From positions 124,001-188,000 of the forward strand of contig NW_026927880.1 in NCBI RefSeq assembly GCF_032062105.1: 64,000 nt of DNA. Direction: 5' to 3'. Numbering within the stretch: position 1 is the stretch's first letter; the number at the start of each line of letters is the position of its first letter. The DNA is from Saccostrea cucullata. Taxonomy: Eukaryota. Both the position numbers and the translations under genes were made by a program. This document shows positions 1-11,594 of the stretch, in pieces. The notes under the pieces were generated by a model, which was not told where the DNA came from, ran no database searches, and saw only the letters and a list, made by a program, of their open reading frames with translations.

Positions 1-249
1 ACATTCACATAAGAACATAATGACATATACATGAGGAGAATCATAACATTCACATGAGGAAAATCATGACATTCACAAAAGAACACTGAACATATTCATA
101 TAATGATATATACATGGGGAAAATCATGACATTCACATGAGGAAAATCATGACATTCACATAAGAACATAATGATATATACATGGGGAAAATCATGTCAT
201 TCACATGAGGAAATCATGGCATCCATATGAGAAAAATCATGACATTCAC
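1..249. repeat. ~22-23 bp minisatellite (core ACATTCACATGAGGAAAATCATG), ~11 degenerate units, runs off the window edge
   Basis: Recurrent ACATTCACA...AATCATG units; three variants recur in A-B-C order (~68 bp). Confidence 0.85.
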
Positions 250-506
250 CTTGTCAACTGATCATGGGTCGAAGTCATACCACAAACCACCTTCATTTCA
301 AGTCTTTGTCCATTACAAAATGATTGTCCAGACAAAGATGAAAATACCTCCAATTACTTATTACAACGTAAGTGCAATAATAATTTTTGAAATCTTTTCC
401 AATAAAAAAAGGTAGAGAAGAACCTTTTGCAAATGACTTTGTCTGTTTCAGATAAATGATACCCATACTCTTTGGTCAGTAATAAAGTCTTAGTTTTTTT
501 TTCCAG

Positions 507-541
507 ATACGTAAAGGGTTACAGTTGCAGGCATACAAGAG
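507..541 (+). CDS. Candidate upstream micro-exon of the VWA gene (YVKGYSCRHTR)
   Basis: Strong acceptor tttttttttccag; joining to 1397 gives C-R-H-T-R-D-V-V-Y, the usual C-x4-D lead-in to a VWA domain; but the donor would be GA (AG|gaatgt) and no clean upstream exon was found. Confidence 0.3.
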
Positions 542-1396
542 GAATGTCAAAATCATTATAACCTCGCCCATTTAATGCTTTCAATGTCGCCCTCCTTTAA
601 TATTTTAATAATCTATTTATTAAGCTGCTTATGGTGTTTGTGTATCACACCTTTTTCGTTACTCAACAGTTTGCTCTAAATATGATTTTTTTTAAACCGA
701 GGCACACTTCTCACAGATAAGTTGATGATAGGGGGATTTTTACAACCTTGTAAGCATTTCGTAAATTCTATGGTCGTTATAAACAATCGATGAATCTTAT
801 TTTGGCTGACCTAATGTTATGCTTTTGTTTTTATTTAGATTTGACAACGAAATGCATCCTTGATCAATTCAAAGAGCTTACAAATGAACACTCCTAGGCA
901 CCTGATCCCACCTCTTAAGTTTGGGGGTGGGGGGGGGGGGGTGGGAGTGTCTTATTATTTTAATTAAATAGACAAATGAGTATTCTGTAACCAAAGGTAT
1001 ATTTATCGGTATAAAACTAAGTCAAAATAAGACCCACCGATTTGTTGCAATAGCAAACAAGATGATTGATTTTGCGTTATGCTGACTATAAACGAGATTG
1101 TTATAAACCATGTAACATAAACTTCTTTGTTAAGAGTTGTTCCCGTTAAACAATAGATCGTACTCACACGCTTCGCATAGAGCAACATAACACTATGTGT
1201 CCAGCAGGGCTATAAGTAAATGAGAGGACAAACATGAACATTTGGTAGGATTTTGTTTTAAGTAATCAATTTCTTATACCATTCCCCTTTCTTTTTTACG
1301 TAGCAAAGACGTGGTCTATTCTATAAGCACTGAGACAAGAATAAAAGTCCATTAATCTCACACAAAAATTTTATTTTTTGATTTTTTTTAAAACAG

Positions 1397-1951
1397 ATGT
1401 AGTCTACATAATGGACAAATCTGGGAGTGTGAAGGAGACAGACTTTGATGAATCCGTGGACTTTGTGTACAACGTCACAGAGTACTTAGCAATCGGTTCA
1501 TCCGACATGCAAGTCAGTATAGTGGTGTTTTCCTCTTCTTATACCGAGGAATTTGATCTTAATGATCATACAGCAAAATCAGACCTACTGAATGCCATAA
1601 AGAACTTACGTGGCACAAGAACCACAGGGAGAACCTACACGTATGACGCAATTGATTACGTCAGAGAATATTCGTTCAGGTCTGCAAAAGGGGGAAGAAG
1701 TGGAGCCAGTAGAACAGTTGTGATTCTAACAGATGGATTGTCCAATAGCAAAAGTCGAACAATAACAGCTGCAGACAACCTTCGGACCGAATTAGGTGCA
1801 GAGGTGTTCGCTATAGGAATTGGGTCAACATTGTCAAGGTCAAATGAAGAATTGAAGGGAATTGCCAATGACCCTGATTCTTATTATGTCCACTATATTG
1901 ATACCTTTGTCTATCTTTGTAGTCTCGTTCCAGCTTTGGTTCCAAAACTTG
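1397..1951 (+). CDS. VWA-domain membrane protein, VWA exon
   Basis: Acceptor ttttttttaaaacag, donor G|gtatgt; DVVYIMDKSGS (MIDAS DxSxS), GRTYT, VVILTDG, VFAIGIG, IANDPD. Confidence 0.93.
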
Positions 1952-2025
1952 GTATGTCAATACACGACTTTTGCTACCTGTTAATTCAAAAGAGACATAG
2001 ACAAGTTTAAATTGATAAATTTTTA

Positions 2026-2304
2026 CTACTGTTTGCAGCTGACTGTAAAGTTTCACGTTACGTCACGATCTAGTTGACAGCTGCACTCAAGTAAATTGTA
2101 CACGCCTCCTAACCGCAAGCTTTACGACTGGAACTTTCTTCTTATCCCTGATTGGTTGCTCGTGCAACAGACTATTTCCATGTCAATGTTGATAATATGA
2201 TTTGACCAATCACACAGCAAGGGTGTGAATTGTTTACGCTGGATGCATCTGACGAAAAAGATCGTGACGAAACGTGAAACTTTACAGTTAGCTGCAAACA
2301 ATAG
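2026..2304. mobile_element. MITE with long terminal inverted repeats, TA-flanked, in VWA gene intron
   Basis: ctactgtttgcagctgactgtaaagtttcacgttacgtcacgatct pairs with agatcgtgacgaaacgtgaaactttacagttagctgcaaacaatag (~45 bp, few mismatches); TA on both sides. Confidence 0.85.
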
Positions 2305-2414
2305 TAATGTAACAATAACATTGAGTTATAAGTTTAAGAAGATTAAATGAATCTTGAATTTTGATATTACTTGAGGGAACTTAACTTTCTAATGGTAAAG
2401 CTGACTTTTTTCAG

Positions 2415-2633
2415 ACAGTACCGTGACCCCTACCTTACTCGCTGATTGTCCTACCCCGCCAGCCACAACCCCTGACCCCTCGCTTACAACATCTATAAAA
2501 ACTACTGTTACATCTACAACATCAACTACAACAAGTACAACAAGTACGACAACAATTGCTGATACAACAACAGAAAGAGATACCACTATAACATTACAAA
2601 CAACAGAAACGACAGTACAGACACAAAATACAG
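2415..2633 (+). CDS. VWA-domain membrane protein, Thr/Ser-rich mucin-like stalk exon
   Basis: ttttttcag acceptor, G|gtataa donor, phase 1-1, 73 codons, DCPTPPATTP...TTSTTSTTT. Confidence 0.88.
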
Positions 2634-2789
2634 GTATAAAAACTCACGTGCAACGATTTCACAACAGCGGATAGTTGAAGGAGGTTGATAAAATCTTGAT
2701 TTTTGTCGGTATATGGTATCACACAATATATTTATTTTAAAAAGAAAACTCTATAATAACCCTTAATTCTTACCATACTGTTTTCTCAG

Positions 2790-2828
2790 GTAACAGTTCA
2801 TATTCCTCTTCTGTTGGAAGTGGATCAA
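2790..2828 (+). CDS. VWA-domain membrane protein, 39-nt Ser/Gly linker exon
   Basis: ttttctcag acceptor, A|gtaagt donor, phase 1-1, GNSSYSSSVGSGS. Confidence 0.75.
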
Positions 2829-2920
2829 GTAAGTGTCCATTCTAGAAGTTAAAAAATTTCGTCATATTATTTCTACCGCAGAATTACAGAGCAACGTTAA
2901 CCATGTTTTTTATGTTTTAG

Positions 2921-3011
2921 GTAACACGGCGGCCATTGCAGCAGGTGCTGTGCTGGGAACTCTTGCAGCTGCAGCTACTGTTACTGCCGCAACTAGTCTT
3001 CTACGACGTTG
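2921..3011 (+). CDS. VWA-domain membrane protein, transmembrane exon
   Basis: tatgttttag acceptor, TG|gtatgc donor; TAAIAAGAVLGTLAAAATVTAATSLL followed by RR stop-transfer. Confidence 0.85.
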
Positions 3012-3195
3012 GTATGCCATTTCACTTGCAAAGCGTAGTTATTTTTCTTAATGGAAGTTGTGTTGTTCCTTCAGGGAGCAGTCCCGTCTGTATACATAAA
3101 AAATATTGTTTATAAATGGAAAAAAAAATGAAATATTTTTGTATGTTATCGTTTACAAAAAGAAATACTGTTCTTATAATTATTGTTGTTTCTAG

Positions 3196-3295
3196 GCATC
3201 TACCAATAAAGGATGACCCAGTGGTTCTAGCTGCAGTCGAACAGTACCAACAAGCACCTATAGGACCCTCCAAGCCAATATTCAATATTACATAA
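3196..3295 (+). CDS. VWA-domain membrane protein, last exon (cytoplasmic tail)
   Basis: gttgtttctag acceptor, phase matches previous exon; WHLPIKDDPVVLAAVEQYQQAPIGPSKPIFNIT-TAA; AATAAA at ~3415 and ~3535. Confidence 0.82.
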
Positions 3296-3889
3296 AATTT
3301 CAAATCTAATTTGTGTTAAAAAGATAAAAAGTGTTTTTGATTTCAAAGGTTTTGAAATAACTTGCTTTGGATTTTTACAAACCTTTACGCAATACATACA
3401 TATTTTCCAAGCTAAATAAAAATACAGTGACTTGCTGTTTGAGCAAACTACCCTTTCGTTGATTTTATGTTTACTTGTATGTATCAATTCTTATTACACG
3501 GGATATATGTATCAGTATTTCTCTTTTTTAATACAATAAATATGCATTCTAGCTGACAATGATCAAACCAAACTGGTATATTTTGCTAATGCGGTGAATG
3601 AAGAGCTAAGTACGTCATTCAAAGCTCCTTATCAGGGGGAGGGGTCAAAATCGTCTTCTTCTTTTGTTTTACTTTGACATAAAATATGTCAAATGCAACA
3701 TTATTGATAACCGAAAATCAAAATTCACGCTCACATTGATCACTGTTGATAGTATACATGTAACAGTAGGAGCCGCTGCAATCTTGACTCTAACGTTAAT
3801 TGAATCACTAGAAGGATAAAGGATTTTGAAATATTTTTCACATTTGTAGAGGAGACAGATTGTTAGAAAGTAATAGATAATATGAATTG

Positions 3890-4261
3890 GGCCAAAATAA
3901 AATTATAGTTTGTTTGGAATTGCCTCCCGCCTCTCTGAAATACCCCCCTCCTGAAAAAATTTTATTGACCAAAAGTAAGAAGATTTTTTTTTTATTTAAT
4001 CAATTTTTTTTGTCCATTACATGTATCACATTCACCATACAAAACACTGAAATATAGTCTCAGATCCATGTAAAATTAGATTTTTTGTTGATGGTAGATG
4101 CTTTTTTTAAGTCAGAAAAATGTTTTTACTGTTTACTGAGATTTTTATTAAAAATTAAAATTCATCTTCAATTAAAAAAAAAAAATAATTTCCCTCCCTC
4201 CCTCCTGTGTCTGAAACCCTTCAGGCGGCAATTCCAAACAAACATTTTTTTAAGGATGGCC
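3890..4261. mobile_element. Non-autonomous element with terminal inverted repeats, between the two gene ends
   Basis: ggccaaaataaaattatagtttgtttggaattgcc pairs imperfectly with ggcaattccaaacaaacatttttttaaggatggcc; family not assigned. Confidence 0.7.
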
Positions 4262-5748
4262 TTGGATTATAATTTTTTAAAATATGAAGTCTTATAACTG
4301 CAATGGTGTATGCCAATTGAGTGATGCACATTAGTGTAATAAAAATTTGTTTGCAGTCTTTCAAAGAAAGATAATTCAAAACTTTGTGTAAGAGCTACAT
4401 TTTATCAATGAAGCCGTAGTTGAATCATATTTTACAAATTGCCTAATCAGAACAACATTGTAAAAAATAATTGCCAACAGTTATTATGCAATGCTATATT
4501 TTTCAAATTTCTTCACAGTATTTAAATCAGTTTGGATTTATAAACGTTTGCACCTTAATATGTTTTATGTACATGTAGTTTAGTACTTCATAAAATCATT
4601 TCTGGGTGAAATGCATCACCATATCCTCTCTGTAATTGCAAACTGAAATTAGTTTTCATAGTACAGCTGCAAGCATCCCCCCATCTTACATACAGATATA
4701 TTTAATATTTTTCTCCTCTTGATTTCAAATAAAGCTCATCTGAATCTTGAGCACTGAAGTTATACAGAATTTCTTTCAAAGTAATGTCTTCCTTATTTAT
4801 CTTCGAAAATGTTTCCAACTGTTATGAACACAATCATTAAAAATACTTCCTTCTCTAAAAACAAAACCTGAAATATTTTAATATACAATTGTTTTGTCTG
4901 CCATGAATAAAAATTCCTTTTTTGGCAAAATTTTTCAAAGCAATCTACCTTGCTAATATCTTTCAGTTTACAAGCATTTCAATTATAGTATAATAAAATA
5001 AATCACAAAGAATATATAGTTTTTACCAGTTTATTCCAGTTTGAGTTATCATAAAAATGAGACAATACTGTGAAATTCTGGCCTTCTTGTATCACCTGAT
5101 CCATGCTCTGTTTTATACCAAATCTGATACCAAAAATGATTCTTTTGTCCTTTATCTATGAGTCACATAAAAACAAATGATATTGCAAATGCTTCTTATA
5201 TTTTTTTAAAAAGTATCGAGATATTTTTCTTTTTTTTTTTTCAAACATTCATCATTTTCACACTGACATTTATCTTTTTTTTTAAGTTATATTGCCGAAG
5301 TTCTGAAATACATAAGTATTTTTTTTTTGTAATTTCAATGTAATCCTCACCCACTTTTACTTTTTAAAATAAATAGCACCATTATAAATATTTAAATAAA
5401 TAAAACATGATTTCTACTAAAAGTGATACAGATACAATATCATATTCATCTTGCATTATATCAGACTGCATATGTGAGACAGTAAATGAGAGTGGGAGAT
5501 TTTCATGTCATCTTAACTATAAATACTAAAGTCATTCTCTGAATTTCTTCTTAAATATTTTTAAAAGAAACATACACACCTCACTACATATAACTTTTAT
5601 AAAATGTACAAACATGGCTATAAAAAGACATCATTTAAAATTGCTTGTATAAAATGGGCAAAAATAATGCAATGTGCCCAAAAAACTCCTCCAAAAATGA
5701 CAAATGAAATAAATAATATTTACAGTTTTACAAAAAAATATCAAGTAC

Positions 5749-6422
5749 TTATTTCGCAGTGGCCTTAGGAATTTTGGATTCCACTTTAGGCTTAGTTGTT
5801 TTGCTTTTCGTTGGAATTAACTTCCGAGGCAGTCTGGACAGTAATTTCTTGTCCTCCTTGATTTTGTTAGCACTTTTTTCATTGGTCGATGTTGAGTTAG
5901 CACTGTCCAATCCCTGAGCCTGTTTCTTCTCATTGTCCTCGGTTCCCTGAGACTGTTTTCTGAACATTCGGAACCTCCCGGGCTGGGGATTTACTTTAGT
6001 TTGTGTCTTTGATTTATTAGATATTGCCTTTGATGGAGGAGTGTCTTTCTTAGAGGACCCATCATCGGCCTTTTGGGTGATGGATTTTGGAGATCCTGTG
6101 GGTATCTGTTTCACAGTACCATTTTCCTTCACAGGCGCAGGTTTTTGTTTCTCGGTAGCTTTTTCAGCTACCTTGAGATTTTTCTGTACATCTTTTCTCC
6201 CTTCACTACCGCTGACTCCTCCTTTGTTTGGCTCTTTGCTCTCCTTGGCGACCTTGACTTGTATTTTATTCTGGAGACTATCAGGGGAGGGCGACATGTC
6301 ATGTAAGAAATCAAAGGCAGCCACAGCCTCCTGTTCTCTTTCTCCGAAATGCGAAAAATATTGAGAAAGATCTACAGCTGGTCTTACTACTGGAGTACAT
6401 CTTACAGCTCCATTGCCTTTTT
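5749..6422 (-). CDS. NCKAP5: NCKAP5-like, last coding exon (13); basic disordered tail with SRLP and SKIP motifs
   Basis: Acceptor tttctctgttttgatag, phase 1; EKGNG...ESKIPKATAK-TAA. Confidence 0.9.
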
Positions 6423-6509
6423 CTATCAAAACAGAGAAAGAGAAATATTCATATACATACTGATTTTCTTTTCCAAAGTGCATTTCATATAATACCAATA
6501 ATTATTTAC

Positions 6510-6618
6510 CTCCAATAAGCCTTGAGCACATGACATGATCAACTCCAATGTTGTCATCCAAGCTCTCCATGCTCTCTCCACTCAAATGAACCATGGCATC
6601 CAGACTTGATGACCCAAG
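6510..6618 (-). CDS. NCKAP5: NCKAP5-like exon 12
   Basis: ctcatttgtag / G|gtaaat; 109 nt LGSSSLDAMVHL...CSRLIG; bridges phase 0 to phase 1 exactly. Confidence 0.88.
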
Positions 6619-6732
6619 CTACAAATGAGAGTAATAATAAAATTAAAATTTATATAAAAACACTTTATTTAAATACAAAATGTTATGAATAAATCCAAAG
6701 CTTCAGGTAAAGATGAGAATGAAGAATAATAC

Positions 6733-7677
6733 CTTTGGCTTCTTGTTTTCCACTCTCTGGGTAGGTTTCTCCACTATTTTGATTGGAATTCTCTCCTCTG
6801 AAATTCTTCCCTCCCCATTTCCTGCAGTGGTGACTGGGTTTATCTCATCCTCCATGATAGATTCACACAAGGACTTAAAATCATACTTCCCATTTGGATT
6901 AGAAGGTGGCAAATTCCCATAGTATTCAAACTCATCATTACATGAAGTGTCATCCATATATTCATTGACCCAGTCTGCACATGCCCCTGTTTCCGAGAAA
7001 GGAGATTCACCCATGATAATTTCTCCTCCACAAGGTGTCAAGTAGAACTCATCTTCCACCCACTGGTATCCATCATTGTCTCGGAAATTCTCTGCTGTTG
7101 TTGGGAAAAGTTGGACTTGCTCTTCATTTGACTCAGTGTCTGAATCATGGCTATTCAGACTAGTTAGACTTTTATGTAAGGCATTAACGGTTTTTGAAAG
7201 ACTTGCAAGCTGACGTGAAATCTCATCAAATTCCTGAGTGTTCCTTGCACTGACGCATGCCTGGCAGTTTTTCTTGTCCTTGGTTTCTTTACAGGTGTGC
7301 TTCGGGGCTTGCTCTGGTTTGTATTGCTCATGATCGCCATCACTGCTCCCATTAAATAAGCTTCCCTTTGAGCCAACCATACACAAGCTGTAATAGTCAC
7401 TACGAAATTTAGAATCCACCTCCTGGCATGAACTATCACTGGATGGTGTCCCCTGCCTTATAAGCCTCTGTTCCACAACCATGCTTTCACTGTACTGAGC
7501 AGCAGACAGCATCTGATGCTTGTCAATACCCAAGCTTGGGATTTGAGAGAGATCTGTGTAAGGGGGCATCTGGCTCAAAAGATGTTGGTATCTATGCTCT
7601 TTTTTCTGTTTATTGGCCAAGATTTGGGTATAGCTGAGACTCTGGAAGTCATCCTCTGATTCACTCTCCATAGACAA
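6733..7677 (-). CDS. NCKAP5: NCKAP5-like exon 11
   Basis: tcatttcag / AAG|gtatta; 945 nt open, LSMESES...ENKKPK. Confidence 0.9.
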
Positions 7678-7780
7678 CTGAAATGATAAAAAAGAATCAT
7701 TAATATGAAACTGTTTTAATTTAGGAACAAATGAGAAGGAAGAGAAATATTTAAACACATCCTTGAATCAGTGCACTTAC

Positions 7781-10690
7781 CTGATGATAAATGTGGGCTT
7801 TGATGATTTCTTGCACCTGTCCAATAACCTTGACCTCATCTATCACCATCCTTTGACCATGTCTGCTCAAGGGTGGCGTAACTTTGACAGAGTGTTTCAC
7901 CTTTGCCTTCCTTAGATCATTGAGAGAAGTTGAATGTTCTAAGGAGAGGTTACCTCCCTTACCACTGTTCAAAATTTCATCCAAGTCATTATCAGAGGCA
8001 GAACCTGTACACTTGTGCAAATCTGAATCAGACAAAGCTCTTGAAAGACCTTGAAGAGAGGACCACATGGCTTTATGCTTTCTCCCTTTAAACATGTGTA
8101 AATACTCGAGATGTTTGACATGTGGCTGATGATATTTGAAGCTACAGTCTAATCGATTCACACTTGAAGCTGTCGACATTTCACACTCATCTTTCTCCTC
8201 TGGAATATCAGACAAGAAATTCTCTTCACTCAAATGAAGAGGTTGAAAACTTGGTGGAGTTTCAGGTATGACTGGTTTGAGTATAGGTTTGGATGGAGGG
8301 ATAACAGGTTCAAACTTGACTTCCGAAACAAATGTCTTTGGTGGTGGTGGGGGTGGCACATTCACCTTGACTTTCACCTGTTCACTTTCTTCTTCTTGCT
8401 TTGATTGAGTATTGTTAAATAATGCACTCTCGTCCCCTAGGGAGTACCTCTTCAGATTAACCTCAGGGTGAGAACACTTAGAACTGAGTGTACTGTCTAC
8501 TGATGGCGATTTCCTGAGGGGAAAGCGAGAATTTGGACTGTCGCTAGTTTTCTGACACTCTGCCTCAAACATTAACCTCATAGCTCTCACTCTTCCGAGT
8601 GAGCCATAAGCAGGAGACTGGGGGGAGGGGGTGCCAGAGAAGTGAGGGGAGGAAACACTGGAGGATGTGATCTCGTCACTCCCACTGGCATGTCCAATCA
8701 TAGAGTCCCCTTCACTCCCAGTACTGGACTTGTGGGATTTATTGCTCTCAGTAGGTGTCACAGGACTTTTGTCCTTGACAACTGTATCTTTTCGGTCTAT
8801 TGAATCCACATTTATTTGTGCACTATCATTGTATTTTTCCTGTAGTTCTGGTTGAATATCACTTGACATGGTGGAATACCCATCATCTTTACTCCCTGAT
8901 CGCTCCACCCTGTCCCCTTTATTGCTTTCAAAACTGGAGTCGGATGAAGGCACACACTTAGGATTGAGTTTTGATATTTCTGGAGTAGTAATAACATGAT
9001 GTTGTTGTAGTGATTCAGTGGAGTTAGAATTGTCTGTCTTAAATTCATGAGGTTTAGGTATCATAGTCATGTTTTCCTTTGATATCACTGGAACCACTGC
9101 TGGTTTATTTTGCCTAAAACCTGGAGACTGTAGACCCATTCTTATCCCTGGTGACTTTTTACCTGTACCTGGTTTTTTAGGAACAGGAGGGGGTGGTCCT
9201 TTTCTAGGAAGAGAATTTAAACTTTCATTGCTATCTGTTGCATGGTAAGCACTAATTACCTCTGATTTCTGCAACATTTCTGAAGACACTGAGTTGGTTT
9301 TTGGCAGTTTTGGCACTTCGGTGGCGATCGGAGTTAGTTCTTGAGATGATTTCAGTGATTGTTTATCTGAGACAGATGAGGAATGATATGAAGAACGATT
9401 AGAAGAGGAACTACTTTTTCGTTTCGGTTTGTGATGCGGTCTGTTTTTACGCTCCATTTTTGGAGACCAGGTTTCATCACTCTCCGTACTACTAAGACTA
9501 GATGAGCTATATCCATGATACATGAATTGTTTTTCTTTTGATGCTAAGACAAGTGAGTTTGGCCTTTGAGTTTGATGCTTGCGTTTGCTGGGATGTTGCA
9601 TAGATCTTCTGCGACTCATGAGTGGACTTTTGGCTGCAACGCAGTTCAGAGTATCTTTGACAATATCTGGCTTGCTTCCTAAACTGGAAGACTTTTCTTT
9701 CCTCATTTGAATCTCTTTAGATGAAAGACTCTTTGAATCCTCAAATGATTGTTTATTCACAAAAGATGGAGAATCGAAGAAAGCGAAAGCTTCAGCAGTA
9801 AATTCCTCATCCAGCAGTGTGTCGGTGTCTTCGTCCTCCAAGAGTTCATTTAGGGACACCGTGGACGTAGTACTGAAGTCTGCCGACACTGGACGGTTAA
9901 AGTCACTGTCTTCATCACTATATTCATAAAAGTACTGAGCCTTAGGAAGTAAGGAAGCACTTGCGGGATGCTCTAGATTTTCTGTAACGGCATCTACCCT
10001 TTTATCTGTACTGGACTGATCTAACTGTCCTGAACATGCTTGACGCATTGATGCTGCTTTGATTGCACTGGAGATGCTGGGAGCTTTTGAGTGTTCCAAT
10101 GCTTCTGATGAAGACATTTTTGATACTGTTCCTAAATCTTTCAAAGTTCTTTCCTGTTTCACTAGCGGTTTCACAACAGCCTTAGAGCTTTGAGGTAGAG
10201 ATGGTTGTGATTTCAAAGCATGTTTTACTGGAATACTTGTTTTGTTCTGGACTGCTTTACCTGAGGGGATACTTGATTGTACTTTGACAGACCTGGTAGA
10301 CAGGGTTTGTTTGTTCACTCTGTTAATATTGTCTGGCTGAGACACACTCTTTTTGGAATTCACATCCAACTGATCAGCAGAAATGGACATCACTCGAGAA
10401 TTATGAACGTCTGTAATACTCTTGGATTGCACTGGCTGAGAAAGTCTTGTTTTTTGTAGAGCATTTGTAGAGTTGATTCTGGTCGGTTTGACTGGACCTT
10501 GTAGAGAGGACACAGAAGAGCTCCGTTTGGTTCGGACTCGCTCAGCAATACTGATGTGCTTGACCTTGGGACTAGAGGGTGTGGCGGGGAATTCCGTTTC
10601 TATTTTTGTGTGAGGCCCAGCATCCTCACGGTGAGAAGATGGCACACAGCTTGAGGTAGATACTGATCTTGGTCTCTGTTCTTCTATTGG
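7781..10690 (-). CDS. NCKAP5: NCKAP5-like exon 10 (2,910 nt, Ser/Pro/Lys-rich)
   Basis: gtcatttttag / CAG|gtaagt; 970 open codons PIEEQRP...HIYHQ. Confidence 0.92.
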
Positions 10691-10871
10691 CTAAAAATGA
10701 CAACAAACCATTTATGAGACTTAAAATATAAAAACAATTTAACATATATGCATATGTTAACATATCTTTCTTGCTTATAACTTTGAAAAGTATTTGATGT
10801 ATGCATGATTATGCATATCTTTGATTTATAGTTTGCAATGTCAGAGTGTATTTATTTTTTTACTTTTCGAG

Positions 10872-10933
10872 TTTTTCTGTCATAAGTATTTCATAACATT
10901 TGTGAGTGTTATGAAATACTTGTGACAGAAAAA
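10872..10933. other. Intronic hairpin: 27-bp stem (1 mismatch), 8-nt loop
   Basis: tttttctgtcataagtatttcataaca / tgttatgaaatacttgtgacagaaaaa. Confidence 0.85.
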
Positions 10934-10968
10934 ATCATAGTCTATCTATCCTCTGTAGTGATACGTAC

Positions 10969-11079
10969 AAAGTCTGATGAAATGCTTTGAAGAGACTCTG
11001 TGCTTTCAGGAATGAAGTGCTGAAGACATTTCTGTGCCACCGTATTTTGTAAAATATATTGTGACATTGGCGACAGGTG
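10969..11079 (-). CDS. NCKAP5: NCKAP5-like exon 9
   Basis: ttactttttcag / TTT|gtacgt; 111 nt, phase 0-0, HLSPMSQYILQ...SISSDF. Confidence 0.8.
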
Positions 11080-11594
11080 CTGAAAAAGTAAAATGCAAGT
11101 GTCACTCATGTGCTATCATACAAATCTATAATCACTACTGAATGTCTTATCAAAACCACAACACAAAGCTGTGAAAACTTCTGTATTATTTTCTTAAAAA
11201 AAATCTTTGCTCCCTCTTACAGTTCTCAAACTCTTTTCTTCCACACTTAACAGATAGCAATAGTAAATGAAAGCCCCAAAAAATGTGTAGTCAAATGATA
11301 AAGATTACGATACAAACTGATAAAGTGCTGAAACACATTTATCAATAATGATTTAGGGAAAAAATTGAAGGAGTATAAAAACAGCCTTATACTTCATGTG
11401 TGTCTCATCTCTCTTAAAATGCCTTTCTGATTTCTTAGATTAGATATACCTCCGATAGAGGCGTCAGAAAATTTTTTATCATTAGTGGAGCATAATGACA
11501 AATCTGAAGGTATAAAGAGGAGCAAAGCAGTAAAAGAAGCACACTTGTGCAATCAATGAGGTATCAGTGAATGTACCAATCTCACAAAAGTATC

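Noticed and set aside
452-474. Micro-exon MIPILF for the VWA gene
   Set aside because: Would need a 28-32 nt intron or gives an immediate stop when joined to 507
6041-6364. Plus-strand ORFs over the last NCKAP5-like exon
   Set aside because: Antisense shadows of real coding sequence
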